Shown here one piece after another: positions 9,601-20,342 of a stretch of DNA of 64,000 nt; position 1 is the stretch's first letter, and every line of letters begins with the position of its first letter. The DNA comes from an uncultured Saprospiraceae bacterium (lineage in GTDB: Bacteria; Bacteroidota; Bacteroidia; Chitinophagales; Saprospiraceae), in NCBI GenBank assembly GCA_937125475.1, contig CAKZLL010000379.1, positions 3,372-67,371 of the forward strand, read 5' to 3'. The notes under the pieces are model-generated. The model did no database searches and was not told the DNA's origin. It saw only the letters and a list, made by a program, of their open reading frames with translations. A program made the translations under genes and the position numbers.

Positions 9601-11814
9601 TCATTTCATTATCAATATTTTTTGAGTACTATTCCAATCTTCGCCAATGAGTTGCAAATAGTACATTCCATGCGGGAAATGCCCAAAATCTAAATCTATA
9701 ATATATGGCAAATGACTTTGAATATTAGTTGTTTTATTCCATAATTTTTGCCCTGCTATATTATATAAATTGACTTCAACTGTGGAAATATCTTTATGAA
9801 TGGCAATAGTTAATTTATTGTTTTCAGTAGTTAATGGATTAGGAAAAATCGTTACTTCTTCTTCAAAAGTTGGTAAATTTGCTTTACCTGTAAAATAGGT
9901 TTCAGCTAATTCAAACGCGGCAATTCCTATCTTTTCTCCAATCAATCGCCCTGGAATATCATCAGCAGGTGGATGAATTCCTCCCCAAATTCTCGACAAA
10001 CTGGTTTGGTCGGAAGCATCTCGATAAGTTGCCCATTGCAAAGTTAAATCAACACTTGGGCCATCTTCAAAAACCAAAAATTCATTTTTAGGAGCATGAA
10101 ATTCCCCCAAACCTCCAGGGAAATATTCATCACCAGTCAACATCGTTAATACTTCTGCCGCAGCTCTAGAGTAGGTCGAATGCCCAGAAACATAACCTGC
10201 AAAAGGAGGAGTAACAAAAGATGGACGTTGATAAGGCCACCAATTTTCTCCCAAAATCCAACCTACACCAGCGATTGTGCTATCAGAATTAGTAATATAA
10301 TCAGGCCCTTTCCATGTATAAAGCTTTACTTTTCCTACATTTTCATTATTTGTTCCAGCTAAAGTATCTCCAATTTCTACCAATTCTATTAACCCTTCTG
10401 TCAGAGGTATTCCGTATTCTGCATGATAATTCGGTGCGTTTGGATCGCTATCTTGCCCATGATCCGCCATAAAACGAATCGCTGAAACAGGGCGGATATA
10501 ATCATACCAGCCCTTAATTCCCCATGCCGAAATAGCCGCATCATGCATTGCACCAGCTAGGGCAAAATAGGATTTCACATCCCATTCCAAATCATCCATT
10601 AGCTCGCCTTGTCCTCTAAATTTTTTAATTAGTTGAGGGTGATCATTCACATAATTTAGAGTAGTGAACCAATGCCCTGGTGGTGTTTCCGATTCTGGAC
10701 CATCTGCCCAAAATTCTGCTAAAACACGCGCATAATCCGCTCTTGGCACAACCTGAGGCGTGTAAGGCTGTCCAGTTTTAGGATTAATCGAATGCCCTTG
10801 ACTAGCATCACCACCATTTTCAAAATCATAAAAACTACGATAATCGGGAATAGAAGTTGGTAAAGGTGGATTATTACCAATAGAAGCTGGCGAAATATCA
10901 ATCATTACACCATCCGCAGGATCTAAATGTGCTCCCCAAGCAGACACCAAAGCAAATCCCCATTTGTACTCATCAGTCCAAGTTTCATTTATCCCTATAT
11001 TTGGCGGAAGCCCTGGATCATGATAAACTTTATAACTTGAACCATCTCTTGTATAAGTGGTCAAATCCGTTTCTTTTAATGCAAAAGGCAGGACATTTCC
11101 CCATTCTGGACTTAAAAAATCGGGCGTTCCCCCAGGGATAGGATTTCCACTTTGATCAATAAATTCGGCTAATGATAAAGGTTGCCAACGATTAGGATCC
11201 ATTATAATAGAATTGCCACTCTGATCCATTTCTAATGGTAAATTAGCTGGTTGATAGTATTGGTTTTCAAAACCTAAGCCTTCATTTGAACCATCTTGCA
11301 GCCCATATTTTAAAATTTGCTCTGCTAAATAATTACCTAATGCCGCAGGAGATCCTGTAGAATAATCGGTGGAAGTTATAGTTTCATCATACCCTAAGTC
11401 ATTGAGTAATTGAGTAGCCGCAGGGATAGTAATAAAAGCCCTAGGAGAATATAAAAAACGATTGTAAATGATGCGATAAGCGGCATAACTCATAGCCTCG
11501 GTTCTTGCGGCTGAAAGATTTTGAGGCGATTGAATACCTTCAAAAGGACAATCAAACCCATATACTGATTTTCCTAAAAAATAAGTAGTTGCCTGATTGT
11601 CAAAAACCGCCCAAGTATCATATAATGCAATGGATAGATGCATTAGGTTTCGAGCATGAACCGTTGGGCGAGCAAAATCTCCTCGAATTCCTGTGAGTAA
11701 TAATTCATTCCATTGACGTGCTACACTAGATTGACCATATAGGGAAGTTCCAATTAAAAAATAACATACTATACAAAGGAGATACAGTTTTTTTACATTA
11801 ATTCGCTTTCCCAT
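9601..11814 (-). CDS. PAP2 / vanadium-dependent haloperoxidase-like secreted protein, T9SS cargo
   Basis: 737 aa; all three PAP2/V-HPO motifs are readable: K-x6-RP (KGWYDYIRP), SGH (GYVSGHSTYS), SR-x5-H-x3-D (SRIWGGIHPPAD); C-terminal IFPNPL...GQKLW sorting domain. Confidence 0.75.
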   Translation of the reverse strand: MGKRINVKKLYLLCIVCYFLIGTSLYGQSSVARQWNELLLTGIRGDFARPTVHARNLMHLSIALYDTWAVFDNQATTYFLGKSVYGFDCPFEGIQSPQNLSAARTEAMSYAAYRIIYNRFLYSPRAFITIPAATQLLNDLGYDETITSTDYSTGSPAALGNYLAEQILKYGLQDGSNEGLGFENQYYQPANLPLEMDQSGNSIIMDPNRWQPLSLAEFIDQSGNPIPGGTPDFLSPEWGNVLPFALKETDLTTYTRDGSSYKVYHDPGLPPNIGINETWTDEYKWGFALVSAWGAHLDPADGVMIDISPASIGNNPPLPTSIPDYRSFYDFENGGDASQGHSINPKTGQPYTPQVVPRADYARVLAEFWADGPESETPPGHWFTTLNYVNDHPQLIKKFRGQGELMDDLEWDVKSYFALAGAMHDAAISAWGIKGWYDYIRPVSAIRFMADHGQDSDPNAPNYHAEYGIPLTEGLIELVEIGDTLAGTNNENVGKVKLYTWKGPDYITNSDSTIAGVGWILGENWWPYQRPSFVTPPFAGYVSGHSTYSRAAAEVLTMLTGDEYFPGGLGEFHAPKNEFLVFEDGPSVDLTLQWATYRDASDQTSLSRIWGGIHPPADDIPGRLIGEKIGIAAFELAETYFTGKANLPTFEEEVTIFPNPLTTENNKLTIAIHKDISTVEVNLYNIAGQKLWNKTTNIQSHLPYIIDLDFGHFPHGMYYLQLIGEDWNSTQKILIMK

Positions 11815-12299
11815 AATTACTATTAATTTTTCGTCTATTTTCTTAATTCGTCTTTTGGGATAAAACTTGACAAAACAAATTAAAGAATTGATCCCCTATT
11901 TTTCATATCAAAAAAACAGCAATGGTAATTAATCATAGAATAATTACTTTTTGTAGTGCAATTGTCATTCTTTATTAAAAAAAAAGAGACATTTAGATTT
12001 TAAAAAAAATATTTAGGTAGTTTTCTTTTATATTTGTTTTGTTAAAAGTATTTTTTTTATAGTTTTATTTCTCCCTCTTTATATAAAACAAAATTTCTCA
12101 TTTAAACCCTCTTCATTTTTTTTATAAAAAACATATTAAATACTTATTCAATAACCTTGAACAAACACAATCTTCAATTGATATTTTCAGACTTATTACT
12201 AGGTCTATCAATATATAATTACTTAACATAGATGATATAGTTTAAATATCATAAAATCATTTTATTAATAATAACTTATTGTGTATTAAATACTTTTTT

Positions 12300-15200
12300 A
12301 TGAAACACTTTACAATGAAGTTTTTAACACTAATACTGTTTACATTTGTAAGTAGTATTAGTTATGGTCAGTACTGTACTACAGGTGGTCCTAGTAGTAC
12401 AAACGACTCCAACCTAGGTAGTTTTGATCTTTTTGGGGCAAATGGTTCTTGTATCAATTATACTGGTTGTGCTGGTGGTCCCAATAATGGTGTAACTGGT
12501 CTGGAGGATTTAACACTTACTACCAATGCTAACCTAGTACAGGGTACAACAGTATCAGCAGACATTACTTGGGGTACTTGTGGTGGTAATTTTGCTAATG
12601 CTGGTACTATCTGGATTGACTGGAATCAAAACAGTATTTTCGACGCTGCTGAAGCAGTTCATACTTGGACTGGTACACCTGTTGTATCTCAAACAGTTTC
12701 TATTACTGTTCCTGCTACAGCAACTTTAGGAGCTACTCGTCTTAGAATATTTCAAGAAGAAGGTGGTGCTATTCCAATGAGTCCTTGTGGTACTTCTACT
12801 TGGGGATCAATGACAGATTTCACTGTTACAGTAACTACTGCTGGTACTTACTGTAATCCTCCAACTGGTGTTGCTGTAACTACTGCTGGTAATGATGCAA
12901 CAGTTGTTTTCGTTTCTGGTTCTGGTACTACTAACTTAGAGTACGGTCCAACAGGTTTCACTCCTGGTACAGGAACAACTGTTGCGGGTGTAACATCTCC
13001 TCATACGATCAATAGTTTAGCGGCATCTACTGAATATGATGTTTATGTAATTGATGTATGTGCTGGTGGTGCTTTGAGCTGTCCTGCTGTTGAATCATTC
13101 TTAACGCCTTGTGCTTTGTTCTCACTTCCTTATTCTACAAGTTTTGAAGGAAATACAAACTGTTGGACTCAATATACTACGGATGATTTTGATTGGACAT
13201 TACACTCAGGTACGACTACTTCTACATTAGGCCCAAGTGTGGCTTCTGATGGTAATGAGTATTTATATACAGAGGTTTCTAGTGTATCAAATGGTGATCA
13301 AGCAATCATTGAAAGCCCAGAATTGTTGTTAACTGGTGCTAATAATCCAGCTATGTTATTTGACTATCATATGTATGGTGATAATGCTATGGGAACAATG
13401 AGCGTAGAAATAGATAGCGCATTAACAGGTAACTGGATTAGTATCTGGTCAAAGTCAGGTAATCAAGATGATGTTTGGCGTCTAGCTGAAATTTCATTAG
13501 CTGGTTATGGTGATACTATTGCTGTTCGTATTATAGGAAGTACTTTAGGTTGTTGTTCTGGTGATATGGCATTTGATAATGTTCGTTTTATGCCAGATTA
13601 CTGTTTCAACTCTTTCGATGTTTCTGTTTATCCTTTACCATCTAGTGCAACAGTTTCTTTCTCTTCTTTGAATGGTGTTGTATCAATGGAATATGGTTTC
13701 TCTGGTTTCGCACCAGGTACAGGAACATATGTTAGTAATGTAACTAGTCCTTATGTTATCACTCCACTATCTCCGAGTAATGACTATGATGTCGTATTAT
13801 ATGATTCTTGTGGTGCTAATATTAGTGATGGTATTACTGTAGCATTCTCTACTCCTTGTCCTGCTGCTATTGCTCCTTATACTGAAAGCTTCGAAGGAGC
13901 ATTCACTTGTTGGATACAAGATCCTAATGATGACTTTGACTGGGATCAGAATACAGGAGGAACAACATCAAACCCTGGTGGTCCAAGTGGTGCATCAGAA
14001 GGTAGTGAATATATGTACACAGAAGTTTCTTCAACAAGTAATGGCGATCAAGCCATATTTACTAGTCCTTTTGTTAATGTTTCTCCGTTAAGTTCGGCTG
14101 CTTTACGTTTTGATTATCATATGTTTGGTCTTGATATGGGAACTTTAACAGTAGAAGTAGATAGCGCTCAAACAGGTAACTGGGTTACAATTTGGTCAAT
14201 GTCAGGCAATCAAGGCGATCAATGGTCAACAGGACTTGCTTCATTAGTAGGTTATGGCAATGAAGTTCGTGTTCGTTTTGTAGGTGATGTTTTAGGCTGT
14301 TGTGCTGGTGATATGGCGATTGACTTAGTTCGTATCGAAGAATATTGTATCCTTGTAGAAACTGCTCCTTTCGTAGAAGGGTTTGAATATGGTTGTTTCG
14401 CTCAAAGTACGATGGATGTATTCGATTGGACAATTAGCGGTAATGGTACGCCATCTGGTAATACTGGTGCATCTGGACCTTCTGAAGGTAATTTGTATGC
14501 ATTTACAGAATCTTCTTCAAGTGCAGGTGTTGGTGCTGGTGATTCAGCGATTCTTATGACACAATTAATTGATATTACTACTTTAGATTATCCTGAGTTG
14601 AAGTTTGATTACCACATGTGGGATGCGACTCTTGCTCAAATGGGAGAGTTAAGAGCTGAAATGTCTACGGATATGGGAATGACTTGGACTCCGATTTGGT
14701 CAAAATCAGGTGATCAAGGTAATGCATGGCTTGAAGGAAAAGTTAACTTACAAGCTGCTGGTGCAACGGATACTATTGGTTTACGTTTTGTTGGTATTTT
14801 AGGTGGAGATCATGATCCTGCTACAGGTAATGGTTTCTCTTGGCACTCAGATATGAGTTTAGATAATATTAGAGTTGACAATGGTTTAGCTGCTGATTTA
14901 GCTATTACAGGTTTATTCAATGACTTTAGCTCTTGTGCTAGCCCTGGTAATCCAGTAGCATTTGAAGTTAAAAACGAAGGATTTACGCCTGTTGCTGACT
15001 TCCTTTATGGAGTTGTTGTAAATGGTGTTCAAATCACTCAAACCTACACTGATACTATTCATCCAACAGAAACTGCTTTATTAGCAGTTAGTAATGGTAT
15101 CGATTTAATACCTGGTACGAATACTTTATTTTATGCTATTGATGGTTCTTCTTATGGAGATTTAGAAGCTACTAATGATTTCTTAACTGAAACAATTTCT

Positions 15201-16268
15201 GCTTCTGGCTATGAAGATGGTGATGCTTATACAAATGACTACGAATCTGGCATGGACGGATGGATGGGTACTGGCGATTGGGCTTTAGGTGCTCCTGCTG
15301 CTACTATCATTACTACTGCTGGTGGTGGTGCTGCTTCTTGGGTAACAAACCTTGGTGGTAGTTATTCTGCTAATACAGCATCTCTTTTATATTCTCCTTG
15401 TTTCGACTTCTCTGATTACTTGAGTGATCCTGAAGTTAGTTTTGATATCTATTGGGATATTGAAAATGGCTGGGATGGTGCTTGGTTAGAAGTATCAACT
15501 GATGGTTTAAGCTGGAATAAAGTAGGTGCAATGGGTGATGGTACTAATTGGTACAATGCTAATGTTACTCAACAGCCTCTTGGTGATGTTTGGAATGGTG
15601 CAGATACTACATCTGCTGGTTCTGGTGCTTGGGTCAACGCTTCAAATCGTATAATGGGTACTGCTGGTCAAGCGAGTGTTCAATTCCGTTTTGTAATGTG
15701 GTCTGATGGAAGTACTCACAATGAAGGTCTTGGTATTGATAACTTTGCTATCAATGACTGGTGTCCTGCTGATTTAGGATTATCTACTAATGTATTCCCT
15801 TCTACTGCTGGTGATCAAGGTGATGCTGGTGCTACTGTAACGCCTAGTAACGGTACAGGACCATATACTTACCTTTGGTCTACAGGTGCTACTACTCAGG
15901 TTGTAGATACTTTAATGGGTAATACTGCTTATACTGTAACTGTAACAGATGCTAACGGCTGTTCTGATGTAGCTACAATAACAACTACTGTAGTTAGTGA
16001 TGACTTTATCTCTAGCATGCAAAACTTAGACATCTTCCCGAATCCTGCTCAAAATACTGCAAATGTAGCAGTTAGTTTCGAGCAAGCAGTTGATGTAGAA
16101 GTTGAAATAGTTAATGTAGTAGGTCAAATCTTGACTTCTACTAGAGAAGAAGGTCTTACGAAAGGAGACTTTACTTTTGACTTAACTAGTTATCCTTCTG
16201 GAGTTTATTTAGTTAGAATCAAAGCTAATAACGAAAGTGTTACACGTCGTTTAGTTATTACTAAATAA
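12300..16268 (+). CDS. Giant secreted GEVED-domain plus multi-MAM-domain protein, T9SS cargo
   Basis: The track ORF starts at a TTG (12279); ATG at 12300 or 12315 (MKFLTLILF signal) is more likely. N-terminal QYCTTGG...GEVED-like region. Three repeats of the motif DDFDW..TSGP...EG..Y.Y.E.S (MAM-like), each preceded by an Fn3-like module, plus a possible fourth, more divergent module. C-terminal IFPNPAQN sorting domain. Confidence 0.85.
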   Translation: MKHFTMKFLTLILFTFVSSISYGQYCTTGGPSSTNDSNLGSFDLFGANGSCINYTGCAGGPNNGVTGLEDLTLTTNANLVQGTTVSADITWGTCGGNFANAGTIWIDWNQNSIFDAAEAVHTWTGTPVVSQTVSITVPATATLGATRLRIFQEEGGAIPMSPCGTSTWGSMTDFTVTVTTAGTYCNPPTGVAVTTAGNDATVVFVSGSGTTNLEYGPTGFTPGTGTTVAGVTSPHTINSLAASTEYDVYVIDVCAGGALSCPAVESFLTPCALFSLPYSTSFEGNTNCWTQYTTDDFDWTLHSGTTTSTLGPSVASDGNEYLYTEVSSVSNGDQAIIESPELLLTGANNPAMLFDYHMYGDNAMGTMSVEIDSALTGNWISIWSKSGNQDDVWRLAEISLAGYGDTIAVRIIGSTLGCCSGDMAFDNVRFMPDYCFNSFDVSVYPLPSSATVSFSSLNGVVSMEYGFSGFAPGTGTYVSNVTSPYVITPLSPSNDYDVVLYDSCGANISDGITVAFSTPCPAAIAPYTESFEGAFTCWIQDPNDDFDWDQNTGGTTSNPGGPSGASEGSEYMYTEVSSTSNGDQAIFTSPFVNVSPLSSAALRFDYHMFGLDMGTLTVEVDSAQTGNWVTIWSMSGNQGDQWSTGLASLVGYGNEVRVRFVGDVLGCCAGDMAIDLVRIEEYCILVETAPFVEGFEYGCFAQSTMDVFDWTISGNGTPSGNTGASGPSEGNLYAFTESSSSAGVGAGDSAILMTQLIDITTLDYPELKFDYHMWDATLAQMGELRAEMSTDMGMTWTPIWSKSGDQGNAWLEGKVNLQAAGATDTIGLRFVGILGGDHDPATGNGFSWHSDMSLDNIRVDNGLAADLAITGLFNDFSSCASPGNPVAFEVKNEGFTPVADFLYGVVVNGVQITQTYTDTIHPTETALLAVSNGIDLIPGTNTLFYAIDGSSYGDLEATNDFLTETISASGYEDGDAYTNDYESGMDGWMGTGDWALGAPAATIITTAGGGAASWVTNLGGSYSANTASLLYSPCFDFSDYLSDPEVSFDIYWDIENGWDGAWLEVSTDGLSWNKVGAMGDGTNWYNANVTQQPLGDVWNGADTTSAGSGAWVNASNRIMGTAGQASVQFRFVMWSDGSTHNEGLGIDNFAINDWCPADLGLSTNVFPSTAGDQGDAGATVTPSNGTGPYTYLWSTGATTQVVDTLMGNTAYTVTVTDANGCSDVATITTTVVSDDFISSMQNLDIFPNPAQNTANVAVSFEQAVDVEVEIVNVVGQILTSTREEGLTKGDFTFDLTSYPSGVYLVRIKANNESVTRRLVITK

Positions 16269-16308
16269 GTGTAATCAATGATAATTAATTAATTTAATTA
16301 TTAATAGA

Positions 16309-16352
16309 AAGGGATGTTATCTAGTCAATAGATAATGTCCCTTTTTGTTTTT
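16309..16352 (+). terminator. Rho-independent terminator of the MAM-protein gene
   Basis: aagggatgttatcta / tagataatgtccctt stem (two G-U pairs, valid only in the plus-strand RNA) followed by tttttgtttttt. Confidence 0.8.
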
Positions 16353-16593
16353 TAATGACCTATCAAGTCGAAATAAAGTAATAACTTTTCTTTCAAAAGA
16401 AGAAGATAAGTAATCTCAAAATGCCTTTAATAACTTTTAATTCTAGTTTTCTAGTTTTTTAAAATCAAATATTTTATATTTACAACTCTCATAATAATTA
16501 CGCTCAACTTTGAAAGGATAAAAATGATCCATTACTAAAAACAAAATTAACTAGAAAAGAATGTGAACAACATTTTAATAAACAAAGTATTTC

Positions 16594-18839
16594 ATGAGTC
16601 ACAATCAAATTAGCACTATTTATTATTTGATGTTCTTCTCTCTATGGATAAACTCATCTCTTTCTGCACAGTCTAATCATACCATTGTAGCAGGAGATCT
16701 CACTAATGATTTTGTTTCAAGTGCCGAAAACTTAGGTTCCGAAGCAGGCAGAAATTGCTACCTAACCTGGGATGCAACTAATTTATACATTGGTATAGAA
16801 AATAATCCCTTAATAAATACCTTTAGCAACTTATGGGTAATCATTGATCTCGATCCAGCCACAAATGATGATCCGAGAAGTGGAAATGGGCGAAGCGATC
16901 AACCAACAAATGAGGCTGGTGGTGTTACTTACCCTTTTAATGCCGATGTGATTTATAAATTTAATGGTGGTACTTCTGACGATGCAAGTCTTCAAGATCC
17001 AGCAAATGGAGATAAATGGCTCGCCTCTGGTGGAAATTGGATATCATTTCCAATGTTAGCGAACACTCAAATTCGTAGAGCAAGCAACCAAATTACAGAT
17101 ATTGTCATTCCTTTTTCAGATGCTGGGATTAACTTAAATTCCGATTTTAATGTCATGATTTATCTTGCTAATAATGGAACAAGTAGTTCTGATCATAGCT
17201 TTGCTCAATGGCCAACCAATAATCCAAATGGTCATGCATTAACTGATGGCAATAACAATCCAATGACGCATTATTATACCTTTACGCGAGTTTCGACTAT
17301 TCAACCGAATCAAAACAAACATCTATCTATTAGAACTTATGCAAATGGTTTTGCTTTTGGCGAAAGCCAACTAGCTAATCTGGCACTCATCGGAGGAGGA
17401 GAAACCTATTCCGCAGGTGCATTGACCAATATTTACAAAAATTTATACATTGGTGCTGGTGCTACTTTTACTATGAATACTAATACTGCAGCATTAACTA
17501 TTCAAGAAAATCTAACTAATATTGGAAATTTAACGCTTTCAACTAATATTGGAGGAGATTTGACACTCGGAGGAGATTGGACGAACTCTGGTACTTTTAC
17601 CAATAATAATCGTCAAGTAACTTTTAATGGAATAGCTGATCAAACTATCAATAATGCTAATGGTGAGACTTTCTCTTATTTTGAAATTAATAAGAGTACA
17701 GGTAATATAATCCTCGAAAACGATATAGAAATAACTAATAGGCTGTTGTTTGGTAATAATAATATTGCGAATATCAACACCATAAATGCGAACAAAATTA
17801 CAATCTCTAATGATCTCTCCGATGATGCCAACAATGGAATAGTTAGAAATGGCACAGGAATGATCACAACAACTTTAGTCCGAAATATTGGTACTTCTAC
17901 AGGAAACTGGTTGTTTCCAATGGGAGATGGAGATAATTATCGTGAGTTGACTATTGAACCAATTAGTGCACCAACTACTGGAGGAATAATCACGCTTGAC
18001 TATTCTTCAAGTTCAACCGTTAACAATGTATCAATTCCTGATAACTTGGCAACTATTATCCTCCAAAACCAATCTAATTGGGCAATGACTACCTCAAATT
18101 TAGCAGGAGGAACATATAATTTAAAATTACGCGGAGATGGTATGTTAGTCGATGACATTTCTCATTTACATCTCTGTCTAGCAGGAAGCGTTGTTGGAAC
18201 TCATAGCACAGGAACTGGAACAATAACTACTCCTGAAATCAATCGAAAAAATTTAACAATTGCCGAATTATCTAATACTTTTTATATCGGTTCGGCAAAT
18301 GCCTTAACAACTTTACCTGTTGAATGGCTCTATTTTGTAGGGCAACCCAATCATGAAAATATCTTATTAGAATGGGCAACCGCCTTCGAAGAAAACAGTG
18401 AATCCTTTATTATATTATTGAGAAATCAACTAACGGAATTATTTTTGAAAAAATAGGTCAAATAAACGCTAAAGGTCATAGCGAAACAATCGAAAATTAT
18501 CAATTTATTGATGATCAACCCTTTTCAGGAAAAAATTATTATCGCTTAAAAGAAGTCGATTTCGATGGAAAATATCAATACTCAATTATCATTTCTATCA
18601 ATTACCAATCTCAACAGGATATTCAGATTTATCCAAATCCAATAGCTGATAGATTAACTATTAATACCGAACAAGAAGCTAGTCAGATTATTATTTATAA
18701 TACAGTAGGGCAATTAATCAAGAAATATGATTTTCAGAAAAATCTCAATTTATCCGATTTACAAAGCGGAATTTATTTCTTAAATTTATTAGATAATCAC
18801 CAGAAAATAATTTTTACGACACAATTAATCAAATTATAA
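16594..18839 (+). pseudogene. Frameshifted T9SS cargo gene (paralogue of 20343-21674 in its C-terminal part)
   Basis: Frame 1 is open 16594-18456. Frame 3 continues from about 18417 as IEKSTNGIIFEKIGQINAKGHS...YYRLKEVDFDGKYQYS...IQIYPNPIADRL...GQLIK...QLIKL* (stop 18837-18839). The junction lies in tttattatattattgag (18406-18422), and the Met-less tail is absent from the ORF track. Confidence 0.75.
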
Positions 18840-18846
18840 ATATTTC
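18839..18846. repeat. Target-site duplication AATATTTC (left copy)
   Basis: Identical 8-mer abuts both IS termini (18839-18846 and 20312-20319); the left copy overlaps the last base of the upstream gene's stop codon. Confidence 0.85.
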
Positions 18847-20311
18847 GTAACTACTCACGTACCTAAGTAGCCATAATTTGCTTTAAGAAGAAGAAAACAT
18901 CAAGTTTTCTTTTTCTTAAAGTATCAATAATAGACCTTAGGACACAAAATGTATGTTGTCCAGACTTAAATTGTCCAGATATTTTTTGTTTCACCTTAAC
19001 ATTTCGAATAGCTCTCTCCGAAGCATTATTATCGGGAGGGACATCCAATTCATAAAGGCATTGAAATAGATAATTTCGGTATTTTATCATTGACTTCTGA
19101 AAAGTATGAGTTTTAGGAACAGTATTTTTTACAAGAGTTACAGCAAGTAATTGATTAAGTTCATTTTCTAACTCTTGAGCTTGTTCATCTTCTCTTTGAA
19201 AAGGTTTATTTTGTTCTATTACAAAATGTCTGAGTTTCAAAGTTTTGCTTAATAATTCCTTAAACTGCTTTGCCCATTTTGTTTTTTCTGTTTCAATCAA
19301 GTAAATTAAATCTCTTTGTAGATGAGGAAAACATAACTGTTTGCTCTTAGAAGCTATTTTTAGTTGTGCCGCCCAACGGTCTGAACCTATTATAGCATTT
19401 GGTAATCCATTAGGAAAAAGTGCCTCTACTGTGTCAAAACCTCGACTATTAGACGCTTTTAAAAAAGTGTTCTTAACATTTTGCCATACCCATATCCACC
19501 ATTTCTCTCCATCTACTTTTGCACCTGTTTCATCAGAACCAATATAATTACTCGTTTTTATATTTTCAAAAATGGTTTGATAAACGGGTTTTGATTTTGC
19601 TGCTGCTTTTTTCAATAAATTTTCGATACTACCTTCACTTATTGGTAAGTTGAAAATATCTTTGAACAGTAGTTGTAAACGTTTATAAGGTATATATTGA
19701 AATACATTGAAGTAACTAACCATTGCAATCACACTACTTCCGAACTGTATTGGAGCATTAATATTTTCTGGATAGGCTGCTTTTTGGTGATGTCCACAAC
19801 CACAAAGGCAGCTATACTGACGATACTCTTTGAACAATGGTTGAATAGGTGGAATGATGACTTCTTGTCTTTTAGAGACCAGTTCATGTGCCAAACAGCT
19901 TATATCCTCTCCACAACATTCACAGTAATTACTCTTTAAATCAACGATTTCGTCTGGAATAGCTTTCATTTTCAGAGTATTACCTTTATGCCCTAGTTGA
20001 CCTCCTGGCTTCCGACCAGTCTTTTTCCGTAAACTCTTATTCCGTTTCGGTTTCGACTTATCATTACTAGGGGGATTATGACTATTGTGACTATCTTTTT
20101 TTATTGACTGCTCCTCTTGTAATTTAAGCAATAACATTACTTTCTCATTCAGTAGCTTTATTTCACTACGAAGTGAGGCATTTTCTGCTTCTAATAATGT
20201 TATTTGCTCTGCTGAACCCATTCGATAATTTTATTATACTTCAACGTTTTTAAGAGAGTTTAATTTTATTCCTACTTTTTTCATAATTTCAAATTTGACC
20301 TGAGTAGTTAC
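18847..20311 (-). mobile_element. IS66-family insertion sequence, single-ORF (ISBst12-like) type, 1465 bp
   Basis: Terminal inverted repeats GTAACTACTCA(C/G)GT (11/11 perfect, 13/14); GTAA termini and an 8-bp TSD are IS66-family hallmarks; contains one transposase ORF. Confidence 0.88.
18863..20221 (-). CDS. IS66-family transposase
   Basis: 452 aa; N-terminal leucine-zipper-like helix, Cys-rich zinc-finger region (CECCGEDIS...CLCGCGHH), DDE region SDETGAKVDGEKWWIWVWQN. Confidence 0.9.
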   Translation of the reverse strand: MGSAEQITLLEAENASLRSEIKLLNEKVMLLLKLQEEQSIKKDSHNSHNPPSNDKSKPKRNKSLRKKTGRKPGGQLGHKGNTLKMKAIPDEIVDLKSNYCECCGEDISCLAHELVSKRQEVIIPPIQPLFKEYRQYSCLCGCGHHQKAAYPENINAPIQFGSSVIAMVSYFNVFQYIPYKRLQLLFKDIFNLPISEGSIENLLKKAAAKSKPVYQTIFENIKTSNYIGSDETGAKVDGEKWWIWVWQNVKNTFLKASNSRGFDTVEALFPNGLPNAIIGSDRWAAQLKIASKSKQLCFPHLQRDLIYLIETEKTKWAKQFKELLSKTLKLRHFVIEQNKPFQREDEQAQELENELNQLLAVTLVKNTVPKTHTFQKSMIKYRNYLFQCLYELDVPPDNNASERAIRNVKVKQKISGQFKSGQHTFCVLRSIIDTLRKRKLDVFFFLKQIMAT

Positions 20312-20319
20312 AATATTTC
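20312..20319. repeat. Target-site duplication AATATTTC (right copy)
   Basis: See 18839-18846. Confidence 0.85.
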
Positions 20320-20342
20320 TTAACCAAAATAAATCTACTCTT

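Noticed and set aside
12279-12299. TTG start of the MAM-protein ORF (and the TTG start at 49368 for nhaC)
   Set aside because: ATG codons a few codons downstream (12300/12315; 49377) give normal signal-peptide or N-terminal sequences. The track extension is just the longest open frame.
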